Origin: a bacterium
GTDB lineage: Bacteria; AUK180
Reading direction: 5' to 3'
Assembly: GCA_023133295.1 (NCBI GenBank)
Contig: JAGLWT010000116.1
Coordinates: forward strand, 13,218 to 77,217
DNA: 64,000 bases
Part shown: positions 18,885 through 28,786 of the stretch, piece after piece
How positions within the stretch are numbered: position 1 is the stretch's first letter
Layout: each line of letters opens with the position of its first letter
Program-made: the position numbers and the translations under genes
The notes under the pieces: generated by a model
Seen by the model: the letters and a program-made list of their open reading frames with translations, nothing else
Told to the model about the DNA's origin: nothing
Databases searched by the model: none

Positions 18885-20231
18885 TTGATGTATAATTTAC
18901 CTATGAAGGCAGTAATAATTGGCGCGGGATTAGCCGGTATCAGCGCGGCAAAATCCTTGCATGAAACAACTTTGTTCGACATGATCACATTGCTGGAAAA
19001 GAATCCGTATATTGGCGGAAGCGCCCACTCATTTTCCTTTGACGGTCTTCTATTTGACACTGGACCGCATCGTTTTCACACGCATAGCAAAGAGCTTAAA
19101 TCCGAAATAATATCTCTCTTTCGTGAAAGTGAGTTGGTATTGAAGAAAAAATCCAGCTCGATTTTTTTCAGAGAAAAAATATTGAACTACCCGATAGAAA
19201 TGAGTGATGTTCTCTTCAAACTACCATTAACCGATTCCGTTTCTTCGCTTAGTTCCTACTTATCTTCAAAGATCAGAAATGGCTTCAGACAGCAGGAACC
19301 CGCGAATTTCGAGGAGTATATAATTTCTAATTTCGGAAGAAAACTATATAATATCTATTTCCGCCCGTACACCGAAAAAATGTGGCATATGCCCGCCAAG
19401 GACATCTCCTCTCTCTGGGCAACGGAGAGGATCCCTTTGGCATCTTTTTCAAAGCTACTTCTAAAAACTGTCGTATCTCTATTCAAGCGGCGTTTCAAAG
19501 AGAGCCACCCTCACTCTCCATATGAAACCCTTTTTCTTTATCCCGAAAACGGCATAGAGATGATCTCACAGCGCCTGATACCCGGGGGCATTGAATTATT
19601 AAAAGGATTTGAAGTAAAGAGTGCTGTAAATAACGGAGATAGGCTGACCGCTGTATCTAACGGAGACATGATAGTTGAAGGCGACCTTTTCATTTTTACA
19701 AATCCGCTGCCGCAAACCGCACGGATGTGTTTAAACACCGACGCAGCAGATCTGAAATACCTGCCGATACATATGTTTTTTATTCCGATCGAAACCGCAC
19801 GGATATCCCGTAACCACTGGATATATTTTCCGGATACAAAAGATGTTTTCTACAGGGTATCAGAGATGAAAAATTTCACAAACACATACCCGGAGAACAG
19901 GACCTCGCTCATTGTTGAAGTTGGAGAATTGCACAATGACAGCGTGGACGAAACTTTCGAGCTCATTATCAAGCAGCTTTCAGAAAAGGGACTCCTGCAA
20001 GCCCGGCATATCCGTAAGGGTAATTTTAAATATCATTTTCTGAAGAACGGATATCCTATATATAAAAAGGGTTTTGAAGCAAAAAGGGAAATGATGTACT
20101 CAAAACTCGGCCATATAAAAAATGTAGGCATTGCGGGCAGGCAGGGGCTGTTCTCATATTTGAATATGGACGCGGCAATACTATCCGGCAGAAGGACGGC
20201 GGAAAATTTACTTACAGAGCTTAAGAACTGA
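18885..20231 (+). CDS. FAD-dependent oxidoreductase, UDP-galactopyranose-mutase (Glf)-like
   Basis: MKAVIIGAGLAGISAA dinucleotide-binding motif (the likely true start is the ATG at 18903). GGSAHSFSFDGLLFDTGPHRFHT closely resembles the Glf GG..(x)..GPHIFHT motif. At 448 aa it is longer than canonical Glf. Confidence 0.5.
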   Translation: MMYNLPMKAVIIGAGLAGISAAKSLHETTLFDMITLLEKNPYIGGSAHSFSFDGLLFDTGPHRFHTHSKELKSEIISLFRESELVLKKKSSSIFFREKILNYPIEMSDVLFKLPLTDSVSSLSSYLSSKIRNGFRQQEPANFEEYIISNFGRKLYNIYFRPYTEKMWHMPAKDISSLWATERIPLASFSKLLLKTVVSLFKRRFKESHPHSPYETLFLYPENGIEMISQRLIPGGIELLKGFEVKSAVNNGDRLTAVSNGDMIVEGDLFIFTNPLPQTARMCLNTDAADLKYLPIHMFFIPIETARISRNHWIYFPDTKDVFYRVSEMKNFTNTYPENRTSLIVEVGELHNDSVDETFELIIKQLSEKGLLQARHIRKGNFKYHFLKNGYPIYKKGFEAKREMMYSKLGHIKNVGIAGRQGLFSYLNMDAAILSGRRTAENLLTELKN

Positions 20232-20819
20232 TAATCGTCCTGAAAACGATGAAGCCGTCTTTTTCATATACTTTTTCAAAATTCAGATCTGCAGTCTTTT
20301 CCACCAGGAAGGGTTTTTCAGGGATCCATTGATTAGAATATGCCCGCATATCTTCAAGGCTCACTACCTCTAAAGGAATGAGATTGTTCTTTTTCCCGAA
20401 AAAATACGGGTTGGGAACTATATAATTGATCCGGTTCCTTAAAACCATCTTTTTCATCTCTGCAGGGGTGATATCGGGATGGAAAAAGTCATCGTATTCC
20501 CTTTTTCTATGAAGAACATCCGCGGCCGCGGGATTTGCCACCAGCGGCCATACATGGAATGCGTAATTGTCCGTGGATGTGGCGATATGATAGGCTGTCC
20601 ATTCATCGGAAAGAATATTTTTTTCTCTATTTTATTGTCTGTAAAATAAGTAATGACGCCGGGGAGTTTCGCTTGATCACCCTTGGGTATATGGCGGTTT
20701 AGCAGTGAGAAATTCCGCTTAATGTTGCCTGTATTGAAAAACATCAAAAGGAGTATAATGATACAGATAGTTCCGATAATATAGGGCCGCTTAATTTTCT
20801 TCAGAAGTAACGCCGCCAC
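20221..20819 (-). pseudogene. Frameshifted, N-terminally truncated paralog of the 773-aa membrane protein (26215..28536)
   Basis: Two overlapping track ORFs in different frames. One reads KGDQAKLPGVITYFTDNKIEKK. The other reads NILSDEWTAYHIATSTDNYAFHVWPLVANPAAADVLHRKREYDDFFHPD...NYIVPNPYFF. Together they align collinearly with residues about 500-773 of the 773-aa protein (KLPEIIRYFNKNNIKGGNIISDHWTSYHMAIFTNNYAFAIWPLVADPNAKDVLQREKDYRIFFNE...YIILNPYFY). The frame switches within an A7 homopolymer near 20622-20630. Confidence 0.65.
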
Positions 20820-21107
20820 ATAAGCAATAATAAGAAATACCGTGATAATGTTCGGGAGCTTTGATGCGTATGCACTTGAAATCAGTTTTGATATCAGAGG
20901 AACAAAAAATGGGTTATCGGGTCCCCGATGTAATCGGGGTTTCCAAGGTCACACGCTCAATAACGATAATGACAGTACTTTTTTAGTCATTCCTGTCCCA
21001 TATTAAGCATGTACTCAACTTGATTGGTTGTGCGGGGTAAACTGCATCGTGATAATCTCATTTTCAATTCTTTCCTTATCAACCTACCAACCTATCAACT
21101 TATTTAC

Positions 21108-22913
21108 TTAATTCACTGATATTTCCATTTTGTAATTATTTTTATCTCCAACGGGATAAATGGGCTTCAAATTATCATCGGTAAACAGAATATAGCCATT
21201 TTTGACATCACCTTTAATCTCCATATCAATTTTTACATTTTTTTCTGAATCAAGTAACTTATAGTCAATATATCTCCATTTTTGATAGGTAGGTTTTTCG
21301 AAGTTATCATGAAAAAACAAATATATCGGTTTATATTTTTCAAATCTTAAAAAAGTGATCAGTGTCTTTTTTTCTTCCTTTATTTTTATTGAATAACCTC
21401 TAAATCTAAAATATTTAAAATCCTTATTCAATATATTTTCCGGATTCATTTCAATTCTTTTGTTATTTGCAACTCTATACAATTTTGTATCAATTAAACT
21501 CCGTTCAAAGATAATCGGGAAGGTGTTGTTCCCACATATAAATGTTCCTTTTATAAAAAGATCAAAAGGAAGTTTCGTTTTTCTACTGTAAGATTTCATT
21601 AACATAATATTATACGGTAATTCATTCTTTATAATTAAATTTTCTAAATTTGCATTTGTAGCGATTAACATATCCGCTTTCATTTTTCCAAAATCAAGTT
21701 CCGGAATATTATTTTTATAAAACAAATACCTACTTGCTTCACCGCTTACAGCATAGATTTTCTTATTTTCGTTATCGTTAATTACTTTGTTTCCGACCTC
21801 CGCTGCCGTCTTTGAGTAATCGTAAAATCCTGTAATAAATATTAGAGAAAATGAGATTGCAAATATTAGTTCAAATACACTAAATTTTCTTTTAAATAGA
21901 TTATCTCTTGAATAAAATATAATGAACGGAAATATTAAAGAAAAATTCCTTACCGTTGGCTGCGGATACACAATTATAATTGCAAAAGATATAAAAAGTA
22001 ACCACAAAATATTTTTAAGATCAAATAGCAAAAGGATAGAAATAAGCAAATAGAGAGAAATAATGAATGCAATAATTTTTGAAATATCCGTATTCAAATA
22101 GATACAAAGAAATAATATAGGTAAAAGGAAAAAATACATTTTCTTTTTTCGGGATAAATAGATTAGGATTGGTAATGTAAGAATAGCTAAGTTAATTGGA
22201 ACCGAAAATACTTTTTGAAAAAATCCTATCCTATTTCCGTAATGGTAATCTCCTCTCCATACCAAGGCATCCAAAATAACATTTCCCCCTTTTTCAATAT
22301 AACATATTAGGATATAAAGAAAAATAACAATGATTGGAAAAAAGTAAATGTATACTTTCTTATCTTTTCGTATGATCATATCTATTAGAAAAAACAAGGC
22401 AACTAAAATTATAGCGTAATTTGTTAGAAGTGAAAAGGACAAAAACAAAGATGATAGAATAATATCTTTTAATTTTCTACTTTTTTTATAATCTTCATAT
22501 TTTAAGAAACTTAATATCAGAAAAACAAAGCAGTATGCTTCATGCATAAATGAATTAACAAACAACAAAACAATTGGTGAAATAAATACCAGAAATATTA
22601 GATATTTTTTAGCGGTATATTTTCTAATTATCAGCATAAACACAAAAAGGTAGAGCAAACTTGAAAAAAGATAAAATAAAAATATGTCCTCCTGAATTGG
22701 GAAAAGCGAGGCAAAGAGTAATAAAAGCGGCGGATGCGTATCATTATATACATAAGATTCTTTACCGTAATATGAAAAAGAAGCATTAAATAAACCGCCA
22801 TTTTTGATTGATATCGCGCTAATTAAGTTTTTGGAACTATCCCAAAAGGGAGGGATGAAAATAGTTACTAACACCAGTACGGTTAAAATTATAATGAGAT
22901 ATTTCTTTTTCAC
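21108..22913 (-). CDS. Multi-TM membrane protein, GT-C fold ArnT/PMT-like (GT39/GT83-type) putative glycosyltransferase with a conserved C-terminal soluble domain
   Basis: More than ten predicted TM helices. The first extracytoplasmic loop contains NDTHPPLLLLF, like the HPPL motif of PMT_2/ArnT-type GT-C enzymes. The C-terminal about 110 aa (FLRFEKYKPIYLFFHDN...YQKWRYI...VKNGYILFTDDNLKPIYPVGDKNNYKMEI) is shared with the protein encoded at 22925..24877. Confidence 0.45.
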   Translation of the reverse strand: MKKKYLIIILTVLVLVTIFIPPFWDSSKNLISAISIKNGGLFNASFSYYGKESYVYNDTHPPLLLLFASLFPIQEDIFLFYLFSSLLYLFVFMLIIRKYTAKKYLIFLVFISPIVLLFVNSFMHEAYCFVFLILSFLKYEDYKKSRKLKDIILSSLFLSFSLLTNYAIILVALFFLIDMIIRKDKKVYIYFFPIIVIFLYILICYIEKGGNVILDALVWRGDYHYGNRIGFFQKVFSVPINLAILTLPILIYLSRKKKMYFFLLPILFLCIYLNTDISKIIAFIISLYLLISILLLFDLKNILWLLFISFAIIIVYPQPTVRNFSLIFPFIIFYSRDNLFKRKFSVFELIFAISFSLIFITGFYDYSKTAAEVGNKVINDNENKKIYAVSGEASRYLFYKNNIPELDFGKMKADMLIATNANLENLIIKNELPYNIMLMKSYSRKTKLPFDLFIKGTFICGNNTFPIIFERSLIDTKLYRVANNKRIEMNPENILNKDFKYFRFRGYSIKIKEEKKTLITFLRFEKYKPIYLFFHDNFEKPTYQKWRYIDYKLLDSEKNVKIDMEIKGDVKNGYILFTDDNLKPIYPVGDKNNYKMEISVN

Positions 22914-22924
22914 ATCAATAATCT

Positions 22925-24877
22925 TTATTTTATCTCCATTTTACAGTTATTTTTATCTCCAATGGGATAAATGGGTTTCAAATTATCATTGGTAAACAGG
23001 ATATAACCGTTTTTGACACCACTTTCAATCTCCAGATCAATTCTTACATTTCCGTTCAGATCAAGCAAGTAGTGAGCAATATATTTCCATTTTTGATAAT
23101 CAGGTTTTCCGATATTATCATGAAAAAAAGCATAAGTCGGTTTATATTTTTCAAATCGTACGAAAAGACTCAATATCTTTTCTTGTTCATTCTCTTCAAT
23201 TGAGTAGCCTATAAATTTAAAATACTTAAAATTCATATTTATAATATGTTCCGGTTTCACTTTTCTTGTCTTTATTTTAGCGAAGTGATTTTGTCTATCA
23301 AATCTGAAAATATTAATATTTTCCAATTCAACATTGGATAATGAGTACGGTAATATTCCTAAGTTATTATCATAAAATCCTGCATGTGCCTTGGCGTTCA
23401 TTATTCTATATGGAAACTTACTTTTATAAATAACTTTTTCTATGTGAAGCAGATCCGGTCTAATACTATTTTTTAATTCAGCTGGACATGAATAAGTTGG
23501 AATGATCATTATATCATTTTCCTTTAATTCATTTGAATTCCAGCAATAATATTTAGCATCTATCTTCTCTAAATAGTATCTAAAGCCCCATTCACCCATA
23601 AACCAGACTCTGTTGTTTTTAACAGTAGATTTGATTTCATCAGCAAATCTTTTATAGCTTTCTGCAAATCTATAATCAGCATAAGTAATGCCGATGGTAT
23701 TTCCTAATGTAAGTATTAGCGTAATTGCAATGAACACTTTTTTTAATACTAAATTTAAATTCAAATTTATTAGATCATACGAAATAATAATTGTAATAAC
23801 CGGCAATGTAATTAATAAATATCTTGCAATGCCCAACGGCATAATTAAAGTACAAATGATTAAATACAAAAGAAAGCAAATTGATAAGAATTTTGTAACA
23901 GAATTATTGGGTCTTATAAATTCTTTAATAATTCTAAACATAATTAATAATCCGGAAAATAGAAATATTATAAATAATGACCTGCTTATAAAATTGAAAT
24001 TCCTGGTAAAAAATATCGTACAAGCGATAGTTATTAGTAATTGAATTATTAATAACTTTTTATTTACCGACTTAAGAAGATACAGAGCTATTATTGATAT
24101 GGGGAAAATAGTGGTGGAGCCTATCACTATAATATTTGAAATAAATTTAGGAATGAGCATTGATATAGCCCTTAGCTTTAAATTTGTGTCACCGGGCCAC
24201 ATTAACGCATATAATGGATGTGGAAATCCAAATTTTATTGTTGTGAAGATTATCCAGATCAATATTGATGATAAACAAATTAAAAAGGGTATATAATAAA
24301 TAAATTTCTTTTTTTTGAAAATAAGATAGTACAAAACAAACAAAAAAAGTAGAAATATACCCCGATAATCAATTCCCCATGATATTATTGAAGTAAGTCC
24401 TGATAAAATTAAGAGTAACACATTGTCGTTTTTTACTCCTTTTATAAAAAACAAAAATGCTAATAAAAAAAATGAAAACATTGGAACATCACTCATTATA
24501 CTAATTGACGAAGTAAACAGTATTGAAGAGAAGGAAAACAGAAAGATTGCTGTAAAAGAAAACAAATCAAATTCCTTTAGTATAAAGTACATAGAAACAA
24601 TAGATAAAATATAGAAAATAATATAAAATAAATGAAAATAAGTTTCATTTACCTCTCCTACAATTATATAACAGAAATGACAGTATAAAAAGTTTAGAGG
24701 TGGCTTGGTAAATTTGTAATACGGTACAGTTTCACCAAGAAAATATACATAATTCTCCTTCGAAAAGAAATTCTTTATAGGAACTTGACCATAAGGTGTC
24801 CTCTGAATAGATTCAATTGTCTTATGGTCATCTATATTGAATGGTTTGTTTACAAAAATTAACTGGACTGATAACAT
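22925..24877 (-). CDS. Multi-TM GT-C-like putative glycosyltransferase, tandem paralog of 21108..22913
   Basis: Same architecture. Loop motif YKFTKPPLNFLY. C-terminus FVRFEKYKPTYAFFHDNIGKPDYQKWKYI...GVKNGYILFTNDNLKPIYPIGDKNNCKMEIK. The 3' ends are about 85-90% identical to 21108..22913 at the nucleotide level (compare 21125-21200 with 22935-23010). Confidence 0.45.
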   Translation of the reverse strand: MLSVQLIFVNKPFNIDDHKTIESIQRTPYGQVPIKNFFSKENYVYFLGETVPYYKFTKPPLNFLYCHFCYIIVGEVNETYFHLFYIIFYILSIVSMYFILKEFDLFSFTAIFLFSFSSILFTSSISIMSDVPMFSFFLLAFLFFIKGVKNDNVLLLILSGLTSIISWGIDYRGIFLLFLFVLYYLIFKKKKFIYYIPFLICLSSILIWIIFTTIKFGFPHPLYALMWPGDTNLKLRAISMLIPKFISNIIVIGSTTIFPISIIALYLLKSVNKKLLIIQLLITIACTIFFTRNFNFISRSLFIIFLFSGLLIMFRIIKEFIRPNNSVTKFLSICFLLYLIICTLIMPLGIARYLLITLPVITIIISYDLINLNLNLVLKKVFIAITLILTLGNTIGITYADYRFAESYKRFADEIKSTVKNNRVWFMGEWGFRYYLEKIDAKYYCWNSNELKENDIMIIPTYSCPAELKNSIRPDLLHIEKVIYKSKFPYRIMNAKAHAGFYDNNLGILPYSLSNVELENINIFRFDRQNHFAKIKTRKVKPEHIINMNFKYFKFIGYSIEENEQEKILSLFVRFEKYKPTYAFFHDNIGKPDYQKWKYIAHYLLDLNGNVRIDLEIESGVKNGYILFTNDNLKPIYPIGDKNNCKMEIK

Positions 24878-25390
24878 GATGATCAGTAATAAAAAAAACT
24901 TAATTCCTTTTAAATTATATTTTTCTATAATAACTAACCATCCTTTTCTTTAAGGAACCTTTTCTCGCTTCCTTCGGTCATTTCAGATTTTTTTAAATCT
25001 CCTTCTCTATCGTAAGTCTGCTCCTTTTTGACATATTGCCTTCATTTCATCCGAAAGGACGAATTCCATTTCGCTACGCTGCATTCCATTCGCCCTTCAT
25101 GGTGTAAACTATTGTTTGTCTCACTTTCAAGGGAGAGCAGGACATTGTGACCTATCAGATTAGTTGAAATATATCGGATTTTTCAGAAAAAGTCAAATAA
25201 TTTATTGTTTCTATATATCAAAATATGCGTTTTTTTATTCTAACCATTTTGATTTGATAATATTTTTAAGTTCACGATTGCCTTTAACATTTAAATGATA
25301 AGTTTTATCGAGAGAGAGTTTATCCGGAATAAAAATGCAACTTTTTATATCTAATTCCTTATTAATTTTTTCAATATCATCCACCATTTT

Positions 25391-26218
25391 TTAAAAAAAA
25401 TAATACTTATTATCTTTTTTGTTCTGTGTCAACATATAATTCCCAAGTATAATAATTGACAAATTGTATTCATTCTGAATCTTTTTTATAAGATACCTAT
25501 ACCTATTTAATCCTTCATTATAATCTTTACTGTACTTTTTAAAATATTCATAACTGTCTTCTCCTTGATAGTATTGGCTTTTCTTTTTGTCTTTAATATT
25601 TAATGATAAATACATCGGGTGCAAAAGAGCAATCAATGGATCATTATTTATAATCCAGGGAAATGCTCTTTTATTGGGATAAACTATTGAATATTCATTC
25701 CCATTTTTAACTATTGTCGGGGCTGATCCTGGATAACGAAAGAACTCTCCAAAATCATTTCCTATATAGAAAATAATAAGCACATTTGAACCTTTTGAGA
25801 TATTATATTTTTTAAGTAAAAGATACTCTTGTATCGGCGAATATGTAATAACCCCGAAATTATAAAAATAATACCCATTCCCCTCTTTATTTAACAGAGA
25901 TGTAAAGAGATTGTTGTTTATAACATAATTATCAGTTTGAGAATCTCCCAATACATATATAGGAATCTCATTATCTCTTATTTTTCTGCAATTTCGATTA
26001 CCATATTTCCCTGTTTTGATCTTTGCCTTTGATCGTCGAGCCTGATAAAATTCATTGTGTTTAATTCCAAGTATATTATCATAAACATAGGAACCATATC
26101 CATTTTTACCCTTATTAAAACCACTGATATTACAATGAACAAATAAAATAATATCCAATAATAAAAAACAAATTATAATAAAAAGTAGTATCTTTAAAGC
26201 TTTTTTGAAGATATTCAT
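25391..26218 (-). CDS. SGNH/GDSL-family hydrolase-like protein (possible glycan O-acyl esterase or transferase)
   Basis: N-terminal TM anchor. IPIYVLGDSQTDNYV gives a GDS(x) block-I motif. Overlaps the upstream 773-aa gene by 4 nt. Confidence 0.45.
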   Translation of the reverse strand: MNIFKKALKILLFIIICFLLLDIILFVHCNISGFNKGKNGYGSYVYDNILGIKHNEFYQARRSKAKIKTGKYGNRNCRKIRDNEIPIYVLGDSQTDNYVINNNLFTSLLNKEGNGYYFYNFGVITYSPIQEYLLLKKYNISKGSNVLIIFYIGNDFGEFFRYPGSAPTIVKNGNEYSIVYPNKRAFPWIINNDPLIALLHPMYLSLNIKDKKKSQYYQGEDSYEYFKKYSKDYNEGLNRYRYLIKKIQNEYNLSIIILGNYMLTQNKKDNKYYFF

Positions 26219-28536
26219 TTTAAGTTCACCATTATAAATCTTTTATTTCTAATGGGTAAATACGGTCTATGATTCCTATCTGTAAAAATGATTTTATAGT
26301 CTCCATTATTCTTAGATATCTTAATATGACATTTAACAAAAGACCATACACCCATTTCTTCCATAGTTAATGAGTGCCAATTTTGTACTACAAGTTTATC
26401 ATCCTTATAATTATGAATAAACATAACCAGATCATCATCTATTTCCTTCATCTTTAAATATATTTCATAGATATAATTATTTTCTTTTTCAATCTTGTTA
26501 TACCCTAAAAAAATGAATTTTCTATAATTTAAATTTACTTTATGTTTATAATCCAAAGCTATTTTTTTGCTTTTATCTAACATTTGATTGCTATGGAAAT
26601 TCATCTTAAAAATATAATATCCATTTTCACAAAAAACCTGTTCTGCATTTAACTTTAAAACTTTATCTACAATAAAATTCCGATCCGGGCCCCATTGTAA
26701 AGAGTGTTTCCACATATTTTCAATAGAATTTACTTCAATGGCTTTAACATTTCGTTCCGGTTTATAAAAATAGGGATTTAATATTATATACTTTATACCC
26801 CATTTTTTTAAGATTTCATCCATTTCTTTTACTTTAGTTTTCTCATTAAAAAAGATTCTATAATCTTTCTCCCGTTGTAGAACATCTTTGGCATTGGGAT
26901 CAGCTACGAGTGGCCAAATTGCGAAAGCATAATTATTTGTAAATATAGCCATGTGATATGAAGTCCAGTGGTCTGATATTATATTTCCCCCTTTTATATT
27001 ATTTTTATTAAAATATCGTATAATTTCGGGCAACTTGCTTTTTTGTGATACACCTATATTATTCTTTATCAGTTTATAATCGCGTACCAAATTCTTAAAG
27101 ATTTTGGGACTTATAATCAGCAAAAAACATATTAGCAAAAAACCGAAATATTTTGTCTTCAATTTCTTTTTCAATTCAAGAATTATAAAAGCCAAAATTA
27201 AAAAAGCAGGTACAAATATACTTAATTTCGAAGCATAAGCACTACTGATTATTTTTGATAAACCTACTACAAGAATTGGATTTAACAACAACAAAGGAGA
27301 AAGGACTGCTGTTGATATCATAAATTGTAAAGTAGTGTTTCTTCTAATTTTTTTAATAAAAAACAATATTCCTAAAAAAGCTATCAATGGAGTAATCGGA
27401 TAAATTGTAGGTGGTAGTGTAAACATAATATAGATTTGGCGAAAGACAAATTTTGGATGAATAATAAACAGATTTTTTGTAAGAAAGACGAGGTGATCCG
27501 GAAGAAAGAAAGCTTGCTGTGCAAGTTGTGGATCATAATGTAATGGATTGTGAATACCATAAGATAACCATTTTAGAATGTAATAAGGAATATTGAAAAT
27601 CGTAACATAGAAAAAGATCTCTATAACCCTTCTATTACTTTTATCCCTCAATAATATTTTCACAAGAAATATCGCAAAGAGCGAAAGATAGAAAAGAATC
27701 ATATAGAATATCTGAAATTCCGTCAATATCAAAGAAATAATTATTGTAGTCCAAAGGTATTTTTTATCACTGCTGTCAAGGTATTTAATCATTTCAATTA
27801 GTGCCAACGGCAATATCGTATACATTGCAATAGCATCCGCGAGTGCAAATTTTCTCAATATCAATCGCTCATACCCTATTCCCCCGAAATGAAAAATAAA
27901 TACTAATACTACAAGTAAACCACCAAGATTTTTCTTCAAAAGATGTTTCCCAAAACAATATTGGGCAAATATAGCAATAAAGCTCATATACGCCGGAAGA
28001 TTTATCCATATTTTTAAAGGATCCAATCCGGAAATTTTGCTGTAAATCAATATCATAAAATGGTAAAGGCTAAAAGAGAATCTCGGATCCATCCCTTCAT
28101 TACTATAGACAAAATTCTTGTTTTGCACTATATTGTTAAAAAGAGATTTGTAAATTATGGAAAGGTTGTTAAGATCGTTTGCAATATCTCCTTTAATAAT
28201 ATAAAGCAATATTACATAAACCAGTGCTATACCAATTGTAACAGATGAATAAGTGTTAAGCGGTATGATTTTTGTGCTTTTTATTTTTTTTGAAAGCAAT
28301 AGAAACAAAAAGAACATTACTAATAAAATATATATTACATATACTAAAAATACCGTTTTTTTAAGCGATAGCTCAAAAAGAAACCCTAAACCACAAGGGA
28401 TATAATAAATTAAAAGGGAAAGCACAAAGAAATACGGAACTTTTTCAATACCTAATTCCTGAGAAAAGAAAATTCTATATATGACGATGCCTGGAACAAT
28501 AAATAAAAAAATAAAATAGAGTAATTCAATTATCAT
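26215..28536 (-). CDS. Large multi-TM membrane protein (773 aa), GT-C/YfhO-like putative glycosyltransferase, with a related C-terminal soluble domain
   Basis: About 14 TM helices followed by a roughly 280-aa C-terminal soluble region. The last 80 aa (DDLVMFIHNYKDDKLVVQNWHSL...GDYKIIFTDRNHRPYLPIRNK) resemble the C-terminal domain of the 601-aa and 650-aa proteins. The pseudogene at 20221..20819 is a paralog. Confidence 0.4.
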   Translation of the reverse strand: MIIELLYFIFLFIVPGIVIYRIFFSQELGIEKVPYFFVLSLLIYYIPCGLGFLFELSLKKTVFLVYVIYILLVMFFLFLLLSKKIKSTKIIPLNTYSSVTIGIALVYVILLYIIKGDIANDLNNLSIIYKSLFNNIVQNKNFVYSNEGMDPRFSFSLYHFMILIYSKISGLDPLKIWINLPAYMSFIAIFAQYCFGKHLLKKNLGGLLVVLVFIFHFGGIGYERLILRKFALADAIAMYTILPLALIEMIKYLDSSDKKYLWTTIIISLILTEFQIFYMILFYLSLFAIFLVKILLRDKSNRRVIEIFFYVTIFNIPYYILKWLSYGIHNPLHYDPQLAQQAFFLPDHLVFLTKNLFIIHPKFVFRQIYIMFTLPPTIYPITPLIAFLGILFFIKKIRRNTTLQFMISTAVLSPLLLLNPILVVGLSKIISSAYASKLSIFVPAFLILAFIILELKKKLKTKYFGFLLICFLLIISPKIFKNLVRDYKLIKNNIGVSQKSKLPEIIRYFNKNNIKGGNIISDHWTSYHMAIFTNNYAFAIWPLVADPNAKDVLQREKDYRIFFNEKTKVKEMDEILKKWGIKYIILNPYFYKPERNVKAIEVNSIENMWKHSLQWGPDRNFIVDKVLKLNAEQVFCENGYYIFKMNFHSNQMLDKSKKIALDYKHKVNLNYRKFIFLGYNKIEKENNYIYEIYLKMKEIDDDLVMFIHNYKDDKLVVQNWHSLTMEEMGVWSFVKCHIKISKNNGDYKIIFTDRNHRPYLPIRNKRFIMVNLK

Positions 28537-28786
28537 TTTTAGTTATTATATAAATCTTGGAAATCCCGAAAAACCATGAATAAGCATTTTTTATCAGGGA
28601 TTTTATGATTTTTTTAAAGCGGAGTGTAACAATACTGATATAATTTTCCTTATTATGGTAAGGGCTTTTTATCCCAAAAAGTAAACGAAAATATGGATTT
28701 GAATTTAAAACAAATCTGGACTGTATCCATGTAAACTTAAATATCAGTTTATTTTGAAATATTCTTTCTATTACGGTCATAGTCAT
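28526..28786 (-). CDS. Small hypothetical protein (86 aa) whose start and stop both overlap the neighbouring genes
   Basis: The ORF overlaps the start of the 773-aa gene (28526-28536) and the stop of the methyltransferase gene (28783-28786), consistent with translational coupling. No recognisable family. It could also be a spurious bridging ORF. Confidence 0.3.
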   Translation of the reverse strand: MTMTVIERIFQNKLIFKFTWIQSRFVLNSNPYFRLLFGIKSPYHNKENYISIVTLRFKKIIKSLIKNAYSWFFGISKIYIITKNDN

